Positions 17,101 through 20,000 of a DNA stretch of 20,000 nt are shown here, piece after piece. The position numbers and the translations under genes were made by a program. Every line of letters starts with the position of its first letter. The stretch's first letter is position 1. This stretch comes from a bacterium (GTDB lineage Bacteria; JACRDZ01; JAQUKH01), in contig JAQUKH010000010.1 of assembly GCA_028719205.1 (NCBI GenBank), forward strand, positions 53,440 to 73,439, in the 5' to 3' direction. The notes under the pieces are model-generated. The model made no database searches, was not told the DNA's origin, and saw nothing but the letters and a program-made list of their open reading frames with translations.

Positions 17101-17132
17101 AAAATATGGGCACAATAATATTGATCAAATTT

Positions 17133-17939
17133 ATGAAAAACATTTTTTGGATAATTATCTTATTATTCCTTTCCCATTCCGCGTTTTCCGCTTTTGAGGA
17201 AAAACCTATCAGCGCGAGGTTCACGGGAATGGGGGAAACCTTTTCCGCTCTTCAGGGCGGGATTGAAGGCATTTACTATAATCCGGCGATGTTTGAAATA
17301 AAAGAGGAAAAAAACGCGATCTTTTCTTCTTATACTGAACTTTTTGGTATTAAAGAATTAAAAAATAATGTTTTCGCTTACAGCCGCACATTTTTTTTAG
17401 ATAATAAAATTGGTTTTGGGATACAAAAATTCGGCAATGGCCTTTATTACGAGGAGGAGAGGCTTTTAAATTTATCAGGCAGGTTTGCGGACAAGCTGGA
17501 TTTTGGAATAAATATAAAGGCGATGGATCTTAAGATCGAGTCTTTGGATAAATATTCAGCGTTTGGGATGGATGCCGGGATGCAGTACGCGTTTTACAGG
17601 AATTACCGTTTTGGATGCTCGGTAAAAAATTTTAACAGGCCAAAAATAATAGATGATCTGCCGGTTGTTTACCGCGCGGGTTTATCATGTAATATTATTG
17701 AAGGGATCATTCTTGCCTTTGACTGGGAAAAAGAAGAAAATTTCGAAAATAATTTCCATTTAGGCCAGGAAATATGTTTAAATAAGCTAATATTAATAAG
17801 GGCGGGATATGAAACCAAGCCAGGCCGTTTCAGCGGAGGGTTGGGTATAAAGATCAAGCCGGTCCGGATTGATTACAGTATTTTTGCCCATCCGGTGCTT
17901 GGAGAAACTCAAGTTTTTTCTTTTATTATGGATTGGTGA
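17133..17939 (+). CDS. PorV/PorQ-like (UPF0164-like) outer membrane beta-barrel
   Basis: Signal peptide (AFS/A); ISARFTGMGETFSA..IYYNPA; amphipathic strands (FGMDAGMQY, FGCSVKN, IRAGY, FSGGLGI, RIDYS..HPVLG); terminal Trp. Confidence 0.78.
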   Translation: MKNIFWIIILLFLSHSAFSAFEEKPISARFTGMGETFSALQGGIEGIYYNPAMFEIKEEKNAIFSSYTELFGIKELKNNVFAYSRTFFLDNKIGFGIQKFGNGLYYEEERLLNLSGRFADKLDFGINIKAMDLKIESLDKYSAFGMDAGMQYAFYRNYRFGCSVKNFNRPKIIDDLPVVYRAGLSCNIIEGIILAFDWEKEENFENNFHLGQEICLNKLILIRAGYETKPGRFSGGLGIKIKPVRIDYSIFAHPVLGETQVFSFIMDW

Positions 17940-17940
17940 T

Positions 17941-17969
17941 TTGACAAAGATTTGAAAATAATTTATAAT
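17941..17969 (+). promoter_or_regulatory. Consensus sigma70 promoter for panC-nadA-nadX
   Basis: Perfect TTGACA-N17-TATAAT, 10 nt before the panC ATG. Confidence 0.85.
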
Positions 17970-17979
17970 CTACACTTTT

Positions 17980-18825
17980 ATGAAGATAATTAGAAATATT
18001 TCCTCAATGCAGAAGTATTCCTTAAAATGCAGGGACAAAAAAAAGATCGGCTTTGTTCCTACCATGGGGTATCTTCACGAAGGGCATTTGAGCCTGATAA
18101 AGCGGGCCCGGAAAGAAAATGATATAGTTGTATTGAGTATTTTTGTTAATCCGATACAATTCGGGCCGAAAGAAGATTTTGAAAAATATCCGCGGGATTT
18201 TAAGCGTGACGAGAGAATGTCAAAGAGCGCGGGCGCTGATATAATATTTTATCCCTCCTGGAAGGATATGTATCCAGAAGGATATAAAACTTATTTGGAA
18301 GTTAAGGATTTGCAGGATCATTTATGCGGGAGATCAAGGCCGGGGCATTTTAAGGGTGTGGCAACTGTCGTGGCAAAATTATTCAATATAGTTCAGCCTT
18401 TTAACGCTTATTTTGGCCAAAAAGACGCTCAACAGTGTATAATTATAAAACAAATGACGCGCGACCTCAATATCCCTGTAAATATTAAAGTTTTGGAAAC
18501 ATTCAGGGAAAGTGACGGGCTCGCGATGAGTTCCCGTAACAGTTATCTTTTACCAAAAGAGCGTAAGGCCGCTTTAGTCGTTTCAAGGACTTTGCTGGCG
18601 ATAAAAAAAAATATTTTGTCAGGTGAACGTAATATAAATTTATTGTCCGTAAAGGCGAATAAGCTTATTAAAAAAGAGCCGCTTGCTAGGCTTGATTATT
18701 TTTCTTTTGCAGATGAGAATACTTTAGAGAAAATAACGAAGCTTTCGGGAAATGTTCTGGTATCCGCTGCCGTCTGGATCGGGAAAACAAGATTGATAGA
18801 TAATTTCAGGATAGGAATAAAATAA
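17980..18825 (+). CDS. panC: Pantoate-beta-alanine ligase
   Basis: [57 protein letters not shown]. Confidence 0.98.
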   Translation: MKIIRNISSMQKYSLKCRDKKKIGFVPTMGYLHEGHLSLIKRARKENDIVVLSIFVNPIQFGPKEDFEKYPRDFKRDERMSKSAGADIIFYPSWKDMYPEGYKTYLEVKDLQDHLCGRSRPGHFKGVATVVAKLFNIVQPFNAYFGQKDAQQCIIIKQMTRDLNIPVNIKVLETFRESDGLAMSSRNSYLLPKERKAALVVSRTLLAIKKNILSGERNINLLSVKANKLIKKEPLARLDYFSFADENTLEKITKLSGNVLVSAAVWIGKTRLIDNFRIGIK

Positions 18826-18826
18826 A

Positions 18827-19762
18827 ATGTTTACCAAATTTGAACTTTCATCTGAACAAAAAAAAATAATAAAAGAGATAAAAAAATTAAAAAAAGAACG
18901 GGACGCGGTAATTATTGTCCATAATTATCAAAGGCCTGAGATCCAGGAGATCGGTGATATTCTTGGGGATTCATTAGCCTTGAGCAGGGCCGCGGCAAAG
19001 ACTCAGCAGAGGGTGATCGTTTTCTGCGGCGTGCATTTTATGGCGGAAAGCGCGGCTATACTTTGTCCCGATAAAACGGTTTTACTCCCTGAGCTGGAGG
19101 CCGGCTGCCCGATGGCTGAAATGGTTACTGCGAAGAAACTTCACGAATTCAAAAAAAAATATCCGGGTGCTAAAGTTGTCTGTTATGTAAATTCTTCCGC
19201 TGAGGTGAAGGCCGCGAGCGATATATGCTGCACTTCATCAAATGCGACAAAGGTAGTCCAGTCAATAAAGGATACTAATGAGATCATTTTTATTCCGGAT
19301 AAAAATTTAGCGCACTATACTTCGTCTTTTACTGAAAAAAAAATAATCCCGTGGAATGGCTGTTGCCCGACGCATCACCGTTTGAAACCGGAGGATGTCC
19401 TGAAGGCAAAAGAAGCCCATCCTAATGCGACGGTTATTGCGCATCCGGAGTGTACTCCGAGCGTTTTGGCTTTGGTTGATTATGTTTTGAGCACCGAGGG
19501 AATGGTTCGTTACTCGAAAGAAACCAAGGCAAAAGAGATCATTGTATGCACAGAGGTCGGGATGCTTTACCGTTTGAAGAAAGAAAATCCGAATAAGAAT
19601 TTTTATTCTCCCCTGGAGGAAATGATCTGCCCGAATATGAAATTAAATACGCTGGAAAGTGTGCTTAACTCTTTAGAAAAGATGGAGCATGTTGTTACTG
19701 TACCTGCGGATGTAAGAGAAAAAGCAAAAAGGGCATTAGATAAAATGCTTGAAATAATATAG
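18827..19762 (+). CDS. nadA: Quinolinate synthase
   Basis: [54 protein letters not shown] (three Fe-S cysteines). Confidence 0.97.
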   Translation: MFTKFELSSEQKKIIKEIKKLKKERDAVIIVHNYQRPEIQEIGDILGDSLALSRAAAKTQQRVIVFCGVHFMAESAAILCPDKTVLLPELEAGCPMAEMVTAKKLHEFKKKYPGAKVVCYVNSSAEVKAASDICCTSSNATKVVQSIKDTNEIIFIPDKNLAHYTSSFTEKKIIPWNGCCPTHHRLKPEDVLKAKEAHPNATVIAHPECTPSVLALVDYVLSTEGMVRYSKETKAKEIIVCTEVGMLYRLKKENPNKNFYSPLEEMICPNMKLNTLESVLNSLEKMEHVVTVPADVREKAKRALDKMLEII

Positions 19763-19771
19763 AGGAGTGAA

Positions 19772-20000
19772 ATGTTACCAGATAAAATTAAAGTCGGAAT
19801 AATCGGGTGCGGGACAATAGGTTCTAAACTCGCCAGGATCATAGAAAAAGAGATAGCGGAAATGGAAATTTGCGCCTTTTGCGATATTCAGGAAGCAAAA
19901 GCTCTAAAACTTTCAAAAGAGTTTTCCAGGGATATAAAAATAATGTCCATTGAAAATTTGATTGATAAGATGGATATGGTTATAGAAGCGGCTTCAAGCA
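19772..20000 (+). CDS. nadX: L-aspartate dehydrogenase, 3'-truncated by window
   Basis: Not in the ORF track. SD GAGGAG, then MLPDKIKVGIIGCGTIGSKLA..FCDIQEAKA..LIDKMDMVIEAAS; Rossmann GxGxxG plus D(L/M)V(I/V)EAAS motif; follows nadA. Confidence 0.82.
   Translation, partial: MLPDKIKVGIIGCGTIGSKLARIIEKEIAEMEICAFCDIQEAKALKLSKEFSRDIKIMSIENLIDKMDMVIEAASS

Noticed and set aside
17046-17132. N-terminal extension of the barrel ORF
   Set aside because: Translation of the repeats; the signal peptide begins at ATG 17133.
708-19842. All minus-strand ORFs in the track (e.g. 8221-8619, 11445-11807, 12227-12625, 19603-19842)
   Set aside because: Short antisense shadows of well-supported + strand genes with no recognisable motifs.

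Overview
AT-rich chromosomal window from a diderm, LPS-making and probably anaerobic bacterium; every credible gene is on the + strand. Order: a 5'-truncated radical SAM gene; an unusual cytochrome b / RnfB-like polyferredoxin fusion; murJ; a long cluster kdsA-lptC-lptA-lptB-rpoN-hpf-ptsN-rapZ-yvcK-ptsH-ptsI-pgi/pmi; a small AT-rich accessory patch (BrnT toxin, putative antitoxin, gene remnant) bounded by related sequences; a secreted lamin-tail-domain protein with a FlgD-Ig/T9SS-like C-terminal domain next to a PorV-like beta-barrel; then panC-nadA-nadX (nadX is cut by the window end and missing from the ORF track). Intergenic spacers hold heptamer tandem repeats and GTAG-type REP-like hairpins, several overlapping stop codons. 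The best novelty candidates are the stand-alone cytochrome b-polyferredoxin fusion (1355-2743) and the T9SS-like cargo/barrel pair (16055-17939). All family calls come from motif recognition by eye; no database search was run.
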